This document shows, one piece after another, positions 1-9,465 of a stretch of 64,000 bases of DNA. Under the pieces are notes generated by a model. The model worked only from the letters and a program-made list of their open reading frames with translations. It did no database searches and was not told the origin of the DNA. The stretch's first letter is position 1. Each line of letters opens with the position of its first letter. A program made the translations under genes and the position numbers. This DNA is from an uncultured delta proteobacterium (lineage in GTDB: Bacteria; Myxococcota_A; Polyangia; Polyangiales; Polyangiaceae): positions 3,200,001-3,264,000 of the forward strand of contig CAWAIF010000003.1 of NCBI GenBank assembly GCA_963782055.1, read 5' to 3'.

Positions 1-1902
1 GAGTTCGGCGCGGAGATCGCCACGCTGGTCGACGGCGTCACCAAGCTCAGCAAGATCAACTTCACCTCCAAGGAGGACCGCCAGGCGGAGAACTTCCGCA
101 AGATGGTGGTGGCGATGGCGCGCGACATCCGCGTGCTGCTCGTCAAGCTGTGCGACCGCGTGGACAACATGCGCACCCTCCAGCACATGAAGCCGGAGGC
201 GCAGGAGCGCATCGCCCGCGAGACGATGGAGATCTACGCGCCGCTCGCCAACCGCCTCGGCATGCAGGCCTTCAAGAGCGAGCTGGAGGACCTCTCCTTC
301 CGGTACCTCGAGCCGCAGGCGTACGAGGACCTGTCCAGCCAGGTCGCCACCACCAAGCGCGAGCGCGACCGCTACATCACCGACGTCTGCAAGACCCTCT
401 CCAGCCGCCTCGCCGAGCAGGGCTTCGCCGCCGACGTGACCGGCCGCGCGAAGCACCTGTATTCCATCTGGCGCAAGATGAAGGCGCAGGACTGCGGGCT
501 CGATCAGATCCACGACGCCATCGCCTTCCGCGTGCTGGTCGAGAGCGTGAGCGACTGCTACGCGGTGCTGGGCGTCATCCACTCCAAGTGGGTGCCCGTG
601 CCCGGCCGCTTCAAGGACTACGTCGCCCTGCCCAAGCCCAACATGTACCAGTCGCTCCACACGACGGTCATCGGCCCCGGGCGCGAGCGCATCGAGATCC
701 AGATCCGCACCCACGAGATGCACCGCGTGGCCGAGCGCGGTATCGCCGCGCACTGGAAGTACAAGGAGCGCACCGGCGGCATCGCCGAGAGCGACGCCCA
801 GAAGTTTGGCTGGCTGCGCCAGCTCATGGAGTGGCAGAAGGACCTGAAGGACCCCGCGGAGTTCCTCGAGGGCGTCAAGGTCGATCTCTTCCAGGACGAG
901 GTCTACGTCTTCACCCCCAAGGGCGACGTGCGCGTGTTCCCGCGCGGGTCGACGCCCGTCGACTTCGCCTACGCCATCCACTCCCAGCTCGGCGAGCACA
1001 TCACCGGTGCGCGGGTGAACGGCAAGCTGGAGCCCCTGCGTTACAAGCTCAAGAGCGGGGACGTGGTCGACATCGTCACGGGCAACAACCAGCACCCCTC
1101 CAAGGAGTGGATGGACTTCGTCGTCTCCACGCGCGCGCGCGCCAAGATCCGCAACTACCTGCGCGCCGCGGAGCGGGAGAAGTCCCTGCGCCTCGGGCGC
1201 GAACTGCTGGAGCGCGAGCTCCACAAGGCCGGCGTCTCCCTCTCCAAGCTCATCAAGAACGACGCCGAGATGCAGAAGGTCCTGGAGGGCGCGCGCGTCG
1301 GCTCGCAGGAGGAGCTCTTCGTCCTCACCGGCTACGGCAAGGTCTCTCCCCAGGACGTCCTGGACGTCGTCGCCCCCAAGAGCCAGGACGACCGCCTCAC
1401 CCCGCCGCCCCCGCAGATCCGCGAGGGCCGCATCGAGACGCTGGTCCGCAAGGTCACCGGCAAGGACGACGGCGGAATTCGTTTGAATGGAATCGACGAC
1501 GTCCTCGTCCGGTATGCGCGGTGCTGCAACCCGCTGCCCGGCGACGACATCCTCGGCTTCATCACCCGCGGCCGCGGCCTCACCATCCACCGCCGCGGCT
1601 GCCCCAAGGCCTTCGACACCGATCCCGAGCGGCGCGTGGAGATCACCTGGGACACCCGGGCCAAGATCAACCGCGCCGTGCAGCTCCGCGTCGTCACCGC
1701 CAACCGGCCGGGCATCCTGGCCACCGTCGGGCAGACCTTCAGCGCCCAGGGCATCAACATCAGCGAGGCCAACTGCCGGGCCGGCGACGACGGCCGCGCG
1801 GTCAACGTGTTCACCTTCCTGTGCAGCGATCTGGACCAGCTCAAGGGCGTGATGCGCGCCCTGCAGAAGGTCCAGGGCGTCGTGCAGGTGGACCGCGCGT
1901 AG
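1..1902 (+). CDS. relA: Bifunctional (p)ppGpp synthetase/hydrolase, RelA/SpoT family (5' end truncated by window edge)
   Basis: Frame is open from base 1 ([16 protein letters not shown]). Motifs [41 protein letters not shown] domain (VFTPKG), CCNPLPGD zinc finger, C-terminal ACT domain. Confidence 0.96.
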   Translation, partial: EFGAEIATLVDGVTKLSKINFTSKEDRQAENFRKMVVAMARDIRVLLVKLCDRVDNMRTLQHMKPEAQERIARETMEIYAPLANRLGMQAFKSELEDLSFRYLEPQAYEDLSSQVATTKRERDRYITDVCKTLSSRLAEQGFAADVTGRAKHLYSIWRKMKAQDCGLDQIHDAIAFRVLVESVSDCYAVLGVIHSKWVPVPGRFKDYVALPKPNMYQSLHTTVIGPGRERIEIQIRTHEMHRVAERGIAAHWKYKERTGGIAESDAQKFGWLRQLMEWQKDLKDPAEFLEGVKVDLFQDEVYVFTPKGDVRVFPRGSTPVDFAYAIHSQLGEHITGARVNGKLEPLRYKLKSGDVVDIVTGNNQHPSKEWMDFVVSTRARAKIRNYLRAAEREKSLRLGRELLERELHKAGVSLSKLIKNDAEMQKVLEGARVGSQEELFVLTGYGKVSPQDVLDVVAPKSQDDRLTPPPPQIREGRIETLVRKVTGKDDGGIRLNGIDDVLVRYARCCNPLPGDDILGFITRGRGLTIHRRGCPKAFDTDPERRVEITWDTRAKINRAVQLRVVTANRPGILATVGQTFSAQGINISEANCRAGDDGRAVNVFTFLCSDLDQLKGVMRALQKVQGVVQVDRA

Positions 1903-1906
1903 CCCC

Positions 1907-3262
1907 ATGGCCGTCACCATCGTGGGCGCCGGGCTCGCCGGCTGCGAGGCCGCCTTCCAGCTCGCCGAGCGCGGCGTCGACGTCGTGCTCGTGGAGCAGA
2001 AGCCCCACGCCCGCACCCCCGCGCAGACGAGCGACTGGCTCTGCGAGCTGGTGTGCTCCAACTCCATGCGCGGCGCCGCCCTCGGCAACGCCGTCGGCCT
2101 GCTCAAGGAGGAGCTGCGGCGCGCCGGGTCCCTCGTGCTGCGCTGCGCCGACGCCGCCCGCGTGCCCGCCGGCGGCGCGCTCGCCGTCGACCGCGACGTC
2201 TTCGCCGAGAAGGTGACGCGCGCCATCGAGAGTCACCCGCGCGTCCGCGTCGAGCACCGCGTGGTCGAGCGCATCCCCGACGCGAGCCCCGAGGCGCCGG
2301 TGATCCTCGCGACGGGCCCGCTCACCGGCGACGCGCTGGCGGCGGACATCGCGCGCGTCGTCGGCGCCAAGCACCTGGCGTACTACGACGCCATCGCGCC
2401 CATCATCGCCGCGGACTCCATCGACGAGTCGAAGGTGTACCGCAAGTCGCGCTACGACAAGGGCGACGCCGACTACATCAACTGCCCGATGGACGAGGCG
2501 CAGTACCGCGGCTTCGTGCGCGCCATCCTGGAGGCGAAGAAGGTGGAGCCGCGCAGCTTCGAGGACGTGCGCTACTTCGAGGGCTGCCTGCCCATCGAGG
2601 TGATGGCCTCGCGCGGGGAGCTGACGCTGGCCTTCGGCCCGATGAAGCCCGTGGGGCTGGAGGATCCGCGCACCGGCACCCGCCCCTTCGCCGTCGTGCA
2701 GCTCCGGCAGGAGGACGAGGCGGCGACGGCGTACAACATGGTCGGCTTCCAGACGCGCATGACGTACCCGGAGCAGCTCCGCGTCTTCCGCACCATCCCG
2801 GGGCTGGAGGAGGCGGAGCTCCAGCGCTATGGCAGCGTGCACCGCAACACCTTCGTCCACGCGCCCGCCGCGCTGGACGATCGCATGCAGCTCCAGGCGC
2901 GGCCAGGGGTCTTCCTCGCCGGGCAGATCACCGGCGTGGAGGGCTACGTGGAGAGCTGCGCCGGCGGGATGCTGTGCGCGCTCATGCTGGCGCGCTCGCT
3001 GCGCGGCGAGCCGGTGCTGCGCCCTCCACCGACGACCGCGCTCGGCGGCATCCTCGCGCACCTCTCCCGCCCCAGCGCCGACTACCAGCCGTCCAACATC
3101 ACCTGGGCGCACGTGGCGCCGCTGCCCGGGCGGCGCAAGAAGCGCGAGCGCTACGAGGCCATGGCCGAGCGCGCCCTGGCCGACCTCGCGCCCTGGCTCC
3201 GGCAACTTTCCATTGCCGGGCCCAGCCCCGTCACGATAACAGAGGGGCGTGGGATCGCGTAA
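1907..3262 (+). CDS. trmFO: Folate/FAD-dependent tRNA (uracil-54-C5)-methyltransferase TrmFO
   Basis: [13 protein letters not shown] motif, [41 protein letters not shown]. Confidence 0.95.
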   Translation: MAVTIVGAGLAGCEAAFQLAERGVDVVLVEQKPHARTPAQTSDWLCELVCSNSMRGAALGNAVGLLKEELRRAGSLVLRCADAARVPAGGALAVDRDVFAEKVTRAIESHPRVRVEHRVVERIPDASPEAPVILATGPLTGDALAADIARVVGAKHLAYYDAIAPIIAADSIDESKVYRKSRYDKGDADYINCPMDEAQYRGFVRAILEAKKVEPRSFEDVRYFEGCLPIEVMASRGELTLAFGPMKPVGLEDPRTGTRPFAVVQLRQEDEAATAYNMVGFQTRMTYPEQLRVFRTIPGLEEAELQRYGSVHRNTFVHAPAALDDRMQLQARPGVFLAGQITGVEGYVESCAGGMLCALMLARSLRGEPVLRPPPTTALGGILAHLSRPSADYQPSNITWAHVAPLPGRRKKRERYEAMAERALADLAPWLRQLSIAGPSPVTITEGRGIA

Positions 3263-3896
3263 ACAGGCCCGCGCCGCCGGCCCGGCCGCGGGGCCGTCGA
3301 AGAAGCGCGCGGCCGCCGGGCAGGGGGACGAGGTCGGCGCCGCCGAGCTCGGCAGGCGCGTGGCGGAGAACCTGCGGCACCGCCGCAAGGTGCTGGGCAT
3401 GTCGCTCGACGACCTGGCCCGCTCCTCCGGCGTGAGCCGCGCCGCGCTCTCGCAGATCGAGACGTGCAAGAGCAACCCGACGGTGGGTCTGCTGTGGAAG
3501 ATCGCGGTCGGCCTGGGCGTGCCCTTCGCCGAGCTCATCGGCGCGCCGGTCAAGGGCACGGTGAGCATCCTGCGGCGCGGTGACGCCCAGGTGCTGCGCT
3601 CCACCGACGGCAAGCTGGAGAGCAGGCCGCTCGCGCCGGCGGGGGTCTCGCCGCTGGTGGAGGTCTACGAGCTGCGGCTGCTGGCGCGCTCGTCGCACCA
3701 GGCGGAGGCCCACGCCCCCGGCACGCACGAGATCGTCGTCGTGCTGAGCGGCGTGCTCCGCATGCGCGTCGGCGAGGAGCTCCACGAGCTCGGCCCGGGC
3801 GACACCATCTCCTTCGCCGCCGACGGCCCGCACGCCTACGAGAACCCCGGCGGCTCCGAGGCCCGCTACCAGGACATCATCATCTACGAGCGCTGA
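3249..3896 (+). CDS. XRE-family HTH regulator with C-terminal cupin domain
   Basis: [23 protein letters not shown] helix-turn-helix; cupin H-x3-THE...[15 protein letters not shown]. Confidence 0.9.
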   Translation: MGSRKQARAAGPAAGPSKKRAAAGQGDEVGAAELGRRVAENLRHRRKVLGMSLDDLARSSGVSRAALSQIETCKSNPTVGLLWKIAVGLGVPFAELIGAPVKGTVSILRRGDAQVLRSTDGKLESRPLAPAGVSPLVEVYELRLLARSSHQAEAHAPGTHEIVVVLSGVLRMRVGEELHELGPGDTISFAADGPHAYENPGGSEARYQDIIIYER

Positions 3897-4795
3897 CGCT
3901 CGCGGACGAACGGCATCCCTTGACGGGTCAATCGTTCGCTCGCGGTCCGCACCGCGAGCGCGCCCGCGTCCAGGCCCACCGCCCTGCGCCCGTGCGTCGC
4001 CGCGGCGACCAACGTCGTGCCCGACCCGCAGAAGGGGTCCACCACCAGCGCGCCGGGCTCGCTCGACGCGCGCACGATCCGCTCCAGCAGCTTGAGCGGC
4101 TTCTGCGTGGGGTAGCCCGTCGCCTCGCGCCGCAGCGGCGTGTTGGCGCTCATCGCCGGGCAATCGGTCCAGACGCTCCCCAGCGCACGGCCCTCGTCGG
4201 CGTAGTAGCGGTACGTCTTGCCGCGAACGACGCGGTCGCGGTAGGCGCGGCCGTCGTCGTCGCGCGACTGGAAGTGCATGTCCAGGCTGGTGGGGGCGAA
4301 GGGCTCGCGCAGCACGGGGTCGCGCGCGTTCCACACCATCTCACCGGTGCGCGAGTAGACGAGCAGCGTCTGGTGGGTGACGCCGGGGCCGCGCCGCGCC
4401 TTGGAGCCGTTGCCCGGCGTCCAGATCACCTCCCCGGCGAAGCGCGCGCGGCCGAAGACCGCGTCGCAGGCCGCCTTCGCCTCGTGGACCGCGCGGTGGT
4501 CGAGGTGCAGCCACATCGCGCCGCGCTCGGAGAGGGCGTCGCGCACCACCTCCAGCCGGGCGGTGAGCCACGCGATGTACGCCTCCAGGCTGGGCCAGCG
4601 GTCGTCGTAGGCCGCCGGCCCGGCGGCGCGGGCCTGCCCGGCGCGCACGCGCGCGCCGAAGCGCACGCCCACCGCGAAGGGCGGATCGAGGTAGGCGAGC
4701 TGCGCCGAGCCCGCGCGCACGTACTCCCCGAGGCGAAGCGCATCCGCGCGCGCCAGGAGGACGTCAGCGGTGGGACGAAGCGACGGTCTGGGCAT
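3884..4795 (-). CDS. Site-specific DNA methyltransferase (N6A/N4C, beta-class motif order), orphan
   Basis: YLDPPF catalytic motif at N-terminus, then YPTQKP and VVDPFCGSGTT SAM motif. Start placed at ATG 4795. Confidence 0.88.
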   Translation of the reverse strand: MPRPSLRPTADVLLARADALRLGEYVRAGSAQLAYLDPPFAVGVRFGARVRAGQARAAGPAAYDDRWPSLEAYIAWLTARLEVVRDALSERGAMWLHLDHRAVHEAKAACDAVFGRARFAGEVIWTPGNGSKARRGPGVTHQTLLVYSRTGEMVWNARDPVLREPFAPTSLDMHFQSRDDDGRAYRDRVVRGKTYRYYADEGRALGSVWTDCPAMSANTPLRREATGYPTQKPLKLLERIVRASSEPGALVVDPFCGSGTTLVAAATHGRRAVGLDAGALAVRTASERLTRQGMPFVRERQRS

Positions 4796-5613
4796 CGGCG
4801 CCGATGGGCTCGAGGAGCGCCATGACGAGATCATCCACCGAGTCCGCGGGCGGCGGCCTGGGTGGCAGGGCGAGCCACGGGCGCACCGGGCCGAAGGGCT
4901 CGCATCCCTCGTTGACGTCTTCCCGGCTGCAGGTGGTGCGCACGTGGATGTGGTCGTCGTGGAGTCCGCCCGGGTGCGGCTCCAGCATGACCTGGCTCGC
5001 CCGCCACACCAGGTCCGCCGGCTCGCCGCGCGCCTCCGCCCAGCGGAGCATCAGCGCCTTGACGTTGTGGTGGATGAAGATCCACTGCACGCGCGCGTCG
5101 GGGTCCTCCAGCAGCGCCTTGACGAGCAGCCACTCGCGCTCGATGTCGAAGCGCACGTAGCGGTGATGGGTCTCGTCCCACGCCAGGCCGTCGGCGCCCA
5201 CCTTGAGGAAGCCGTGATCGGGGACCGGCGCGCCGTCCAGGGTCGTCAGGTAGAAGATCGAGATCGCCGTCGCGCCCGGCGCGGTGGGAGAAGTGCGGCA
5301 GGAGCCGCCCGCCGGTGCGCGTGGAGAAATCCCCCAGCACCAGCGAGCTGCCCGGCCGCTCCTCCTCCACGCGGGCGGCGGCCCGCTCCACCGCCTCGGC
5401 GAAGCGGGGCAGCGCCCAGTGGCGATTGTCGTGACGCAGGAAGTGGAAGCCGGAGCCGGTGAGGGGGAGCTCCTCGCCGCCCACCAGCACCCCCCGGTGC
5501 GTCATCCCGACCAATCCGTGCGCGCCGGGCCAGAGGGGCGAGGGCACGTCGCTGCAGCCCGCCGAGGCGAGAGCAAGGGCCAGGAGCCCACCCATCGCGG
5601 TCGCACGGCACAT
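4764..5613 (-). pseudogene. MepA-like penicillin-insensitive murein endopeptidase lipoprotein, split by a one-base frameshift at about 5259 (possibly a sequencing error)
   Basis: Frame A: lipobox SAGC, GDFS..GG..PHFSHRAGRDGDL. Frame B continues IFYLTTLDG...VQWIFI...HDDHIHVR. Removing one base in GAT CTC G ATC joins the frames. Confidence 0.8.
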
Positions 5614-5697
5614 CGAGGATGTGGCTTAGCACACGCCCTCCGCGCTTGTCAGGAGAACGGGGAAGCGCGCCGGCCGCGGGGGCGTAAGATGAGGGCG

Positions 5698-6492
5698 ATG
5701 CGCGCGTCCGCTGTCTGTCTCGTCGGCCTCTCCGCCCTCTCCCTGACGCTCGCCGGGTGCAAGCTCCCGGGGCACCACTCCGCCGACGGCGGCACCTCCG
5801 GGCCGAGCATCCTCTCCACGCTCGCCTCGCTGGTCGGCTTCGAGGGCGAGATCGAGGCGGACATCAAGACCTCGCTCGGAGGCGCGTCCGGCACGCCGGC
5901 CCTGCCGCCCATGAAGATGACCTTCAAGATCAAGGGCGACAAGCTGCGGATGGAGCTCGGCGGGTCGGGCTCCTTCGGGATGACGACGTTGATCGATGGC
6001 AGCGCGCACAAGTCCTACACGCTGTTCGACACGACGCACACGTACACCGAGACGGACCTGGACGCGGCGAAGAAGGCCGCGGCGGCCACCGGCACCTCCG
6101 CCACGCCGCCGCCCAAGTCGGTGGTGAAGGACACGGGCAAGAGCGACACCATCGCCGGCTACTCGTGCGAGGTGTGGTCGATCACCGAGCCGACGACGGG
6201 CACCCGCACCGAGACGTGCGTGGCGCGCGGCATGACCTTCCTCGGCCTGGGCGCCGGGCCCTTCAGCGCGCTCGCCGGCACCGACGACGGCTGGGGGCAG
6301 GTGATGGCGCACGGTTTCCCCCTGCGCATCGACACCTACACGCGCACCGGCGGGCTGGTCATGCGCATGGAGGCGACGCACATCGAGAAGAAGAAGGAGG
6401 CCGACTCGCTCTTCGAGGTGCCGCCGGGCTACAGGAAGGCCCGCACCCCCTACGGCGGCCCGCCGCCGACGTACGGCGGCGGGAGCCTGTGA
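5698..6492 (+). CDS. DUF4412-like lipoprotein
   Basis: Lipobox LAGC; IKGDKLRME, TGKSDTIAGYSCE, GFPLR and SLFEVPPGY resemble DUF4412. Start reassigned from 5284. Confidence 0.75.
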   Translation: MRASAVCLVGLSALSLTLAGCKLPGHHSADGGTSGPSILSTLASLVGFEGEIEADIKTSLGGASGTPALPPMKMTFKIKGDKLRMELGGSGSFGMTTLIDGSAHKSYTLFDTTHTYTETDLDAAKKAAAATGTSATPPPKSVVKDTGKSDTIAGYSCEVWSITEPTTGTRTETCVARGMTFLGLGAGPFSALAGTDDGWGQVMAHGFPLRIDTYTRTGGLVMRMEATHIEKKKEADSLFEVPPGYRKARTPYGGPPPTYGGGSL

Positions 6493-6495
6493 GGG

Positions 6496-7128
6496 CTACT
6501 TCGTTCCGAAGAGGCGATCCCCCGCGTCCCCCAGCCCCGGGAGGATGTACCCGTGATCGTTCAACCGCTCGTCCACCGCCGCGGTGAACACCGGGACGTC
6601 CGGGTGACGTTCGTGGAAGGTCTTGAGGCCCTCCGGGCAGGCGAGCAGGCACACGAAGCGCAGGCTCCCCGGCTTGGCCGCCTTGATGCGGTCCACCGCG
6701 GCGACCGCGGAGTTGCCGGTCGCGAGCATCGGGTCGCAGAGGATGACGTCGCGGTCGTGGAGGTCGTCCGGCATGCGGTAGTAGTACTCGACCGCCTGGA
6801 GCGTCTTCGGGTCGCGGTACAGGCCGATGTGTCCGACGCGCGCGCTCGGCACGATGCGCAGCATGCCATCGACGATGCCCTGGCCGGCCCGCATGATGGC
6901 CACGAGCACGAGCTTCTTCCCGTCCAGGAGCGGCGAGGTCATCGTGGCCAGCGGCGTCTCGATCTCCACGTCGGTCGTCTTGACGTCCCGCAGCGCCTCG
7001 TAGGCCAGCAGCATGGATATCTCGGACAGCAGAGCGCGGAAGTTGGAGGTGCTCGCCTCCTTGCGGCGCATGAGGGTGAGCTTGTGCTTGATGAGCGGGT
7101 GATCCACGACCGTCGCTTGGCTGGCCAT
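6496..7128 (-). CDS. upp: Uracil phosphoribosyltransferase
   Basis: [50 protein letters not shown]. True start is ATG 7128 inside the long track ORF. Confidence 0.97.
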   Translation of the reverse strand: MASQATVVDHPLIKHKLTLMRRKEASTSNFRALLSEISMLLAYEALRDVKTTDVEIETPLATMTSPLLDGKKLVLVAIMRAGQGIVDGMLRIVPSARVGHIGLYRDPKTLQAVEYYYRMPDDLHDRDVILCDPMLATGNSAVAAVDRIKAAKPGSLRFVCLLACPEGLKTFHERHPDVPVFTAAVDERLNDHGYILPGLGDAGDRLFGTK

Positions 7129-7188
7129 GCGCCCGAGAGACCACCCGGAGACCGCCCGTGTCAAGCCACGCGGTGGCCTCTGCCGTGG

Positions 7189-7194
7189 TAGGCT
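7189..7194 (+). promoter_or_regulatory. Putative extended -10 element (TG-G-TAGGCT) 6 nt before ATG 7201
   Basis: TAnnnT hexamer with upstream TG, and no Shine-Dalgarno between it and the start codon. Confidence 0.45.
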
Positions 7195-7200
7195 GAAAGC

Positions 7201-9453
7201 ATGGGACAGGCCCCAAGCGGGACGATACGCAGGCGCCGCAGCGGGTATCTGCGCGCGGAGCCTTCGCGTTTCGTCGGACGCCGGGCGGAGCTGGAGCAGC
7301 TCGCCGAGCCGCTCGCCCGCAGCCGCCTGGTCTCGGTGGTGGGGCCGGCGGGCATCGGCAAGACGCGCCTCGCCCTGCGGTACGCCACGGCGCGAGGCGA
7401 GCGCTACCGGAGCGTCTGGTTCTGCGACGTGAGCGACGCCGGGGACGTGGAGGAGATGACGGCCATCGCCCTGCGCGCGCTCGCGGCGGGGGCGCGCGCG
7501 GTCCCGAGCGAGGCGCACGCTGCCAAGGCGGTGAGGCGGGCGCTGGAGGCGCGACCCGGCGCGCTGGTGATTGTGGACAACATCGAGCACCTGCTCCCCG
7601 CGGCCGCCGGGACGATCCACGAGTGGGTGCAGTCGGCTCCTGGCGTGCGCTTCGTCGTGACCAGCCGGGTGCCGCTGGGGCTGCCGGGCGAGGAGCTGGT
7701 CGAGCTCGGATCCATCGGCGTGCGCGACGCGATGACGCTCTTCATCGAGCGCGTCCGCGCGCGGCAGGCCGACTACGCGCCGCCCACCGACGAGCTGCCG
7801 TACATCGCGGAGATCGTGCGTCACCTCGGCGGGGTGCCGCTGGCGATCGAGCTGGCGGCGGCGCGCGTCGGTGCGGAGGACACCCGCGAGCTCCTCGCCC
7901 GCGTGGTGCCGCGCTCCTGGCCACCTCCGCAGGGGGAGGCGGCCACGCGGCTGGTCGTGGCGCGCGCCTTCTCCCTGCTCTCGCCGGCGGAGCAGCAGAC
8001 GCTGAGCCAGTGCTCGGTGTTCCGCGGGAGCTTCACCCTCCGCGCGGCGAACCACGTCGTGCGGCTCGGCCAGGACTTCGCCGCCCCGGCGAGCGAGGTC
8101 GTGCTCGGCCTGGCCCGGAAGAACCTGCTGGAGGTCCAGCGCTACGCCCCGCTTCGCTTCGCGATGTGCGAGGGCATCCGCTCGGTGGCCGCCGAGGTGC
8201 TCCGGGCGTCGTCGGAGGCGCACGCGGTGGCGTGGCGTCACGCCGAGCACTACGTCAGGAGGGCGAACGCCATCGCCCGCCTGGAGCCGAGCGACGCGCC
8301 GCCGCCTCCCGACGCCGCGGAGGACTGGGACGACCTCGTGGCGGCCATGGCGTTCGGGGCGGAGTCCGGGAGGCCGCGCATCGTGCTGCGCACGGCGCTG
8401 GCGGTGGACGCGCTGGCGCTGGGCAGCGGGCTCGGGTCGACCAAGCTCGCCTACCTGGACGAGGCGCTGCGGATGGGGGCGGCGGGCGATCTCGGCGTGC
8501 TGTCTCGCGCGCTCGGCGTGCGGGCCACCGCGCTCTACGCGCTCGGCCGCCTGGTGGAGGCCCGGCGCGACGCCGAGACCGCCTACCGCCTCGCCGCCGA
8601 GCTGAGCGATCGCCGGCAGATGGGCGCGATGCTCCGGTGGGTGGGCGAGTCGGCGTTCCAGCTCGGCGACTTCGCCTCCGCGCGCGAGCACCTGATGCGC
8701 GCGCTCGAGCTGGAGGAAGAGCGCGGCGAGCCGGTGGCCATCGCGCAGGTGCAGATCCACCTCGGGTCGCTGTACCAGTCGCTGGGGGCCGCGTCGGCCG
8801 CGCGCGAGGCCTTCGAGCGGGCGCAGGAACTCGCGCTGCGCGCCCGGGACGCCGCGGTGGAGGCGCGCGCGCTCATGGGCCTGGGGTGGCACCACTTCGA
8901 GCGCGGGGACCGGGAGATCGCGCGCGAGACGTACGGGCGCGCGCTGGCGACGCTCCGCCGGATGAAGATGGCGCGCAGCGAGCGCATCGTCGTCGGGTAC
9001 ATGGGCGTGCTCTTCTTCGACGCGGGGGATCTGGACGAGGCGGAGGAGCACCTGCGGCGCGCGGCGTTCGCCTCGCGGCAGGCGGGCGACTTCCGCGTGG
9101 AGGGCATCTTCGAGGGCGTGCGCGGCGCGGTGCTCGCCGCGCTGGACGCCACGCGGGAGGCGCGGGCGTCGCTCGACCTCTCCGAGCGCCTCCTCGCCGA
9201 CAACGCGTTCTACGCGGAGTCGGTCGCGGTGTACCGCGGCCACCTGGACCTCGCCGAGGCCCGCGCGGCGCTCGCGGCGGGCGACGACGAGGCGGCGCGC
9301 GCGTGTGTGGAGCACGCGAAGGCCCGCCTGCAGAAGGCGCGAACCGCGGCGTCGGGGAGGCCCCCGCTGGTGCGCCGCTCCGACGACGCGCGCATGGCGG
9401 TGGCGATCCTGGAGCGCGCGATCGCCGCGGCCGGTCGCGCCGTCGCGCGCTGA
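7201..9453 (+). CDS. STAND/NB-ARC-like ATPase with C-terminal TPR repeats
   Basis: Walker A GPAGIGKT, Walker [13 protein letters not shown] sensor, [14 protein letters not shown] (GxP), then TPR-like helical repeats. Confidence 0.85.
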   Translation: MGQAPSGTIRRRRSGYLRAEPSRFVGRRAELEQLAEPLARSRLVSVVGPAGIGKTRLALRYATARGERYRSVWFCDVSDAGDVEEMTAIALRALAAGARAVPSEAHAAKAVRRALEARPGALVIVDNIEHLLPAAAGTIHEWVQSAPGVRFVVTSRVPLGLPGEELVELGSIGVRDAMTLFIERVRARQADYAPPTDELPYIAEIVRHLGGVPLAIELAAARVGAEDTRELLARVVPRSWPPPQGEAATRLVVARAFSLLSPAEQQTLSQCSVFRGSFTLRAANHVVRLGQDFAAPASEVVLGLARKNLLEVQRYAPLRFAMCEGIRSVAAEVLRASSEAHAVAWRHAEHYVRRANAIARLEPSDAPPPPDAAEDWDDLVAAMAFGAESGRPRIVLRTALAVDALALGSGLGSTKLAYLDEALRMGAAGDLGVLSRALGVRATALYALGRLVEARRDAETAYRLAAELSDRRQMGAMLRWVGESAFQLGDFASAREHLMRALELEEERGEPVAIAQVQIHLGSLYQSLGAASAAREAFERAQELALRARDAAVEARALMGLGWHHFERGDREIARETYGRALATLRRMKMARSERIVVGYMGVLFFDAGDLDEAEEHLRRAAFASRQAGDFRVEGIFEGVRGAVLAALDATREARASLDLSERLLADNAFYAESVAVYRGHLDLAEARAALAAGDDEAARACVEHAKARLQKARTAASGRPPLVRRSDDARMAVAILERAIAAAGRAVAR

Positions 9454-9465
9454 AGCCGCCCGCCC

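Noticed and set aside
139..180. Inactive hydrolase in Rel because DRxHN reads DRVDN
   Set aside because: The Asp, Arg and Asn are retained and the HD motif lies outside the window, so inactivity cannot be supported.
6496..9315. 939-aa upp fusion
   Set aside because: Only the last 210 aa are Upp; the rest is the antisense of the STAND ATPase gene.
3249..9453. Defence island (XRE regulator, MTase, STAND ATPase)
   Set aside because: The genes are interspersed with housekeeping genes, with no nuclease, no mobility gene and no evident GC shift.
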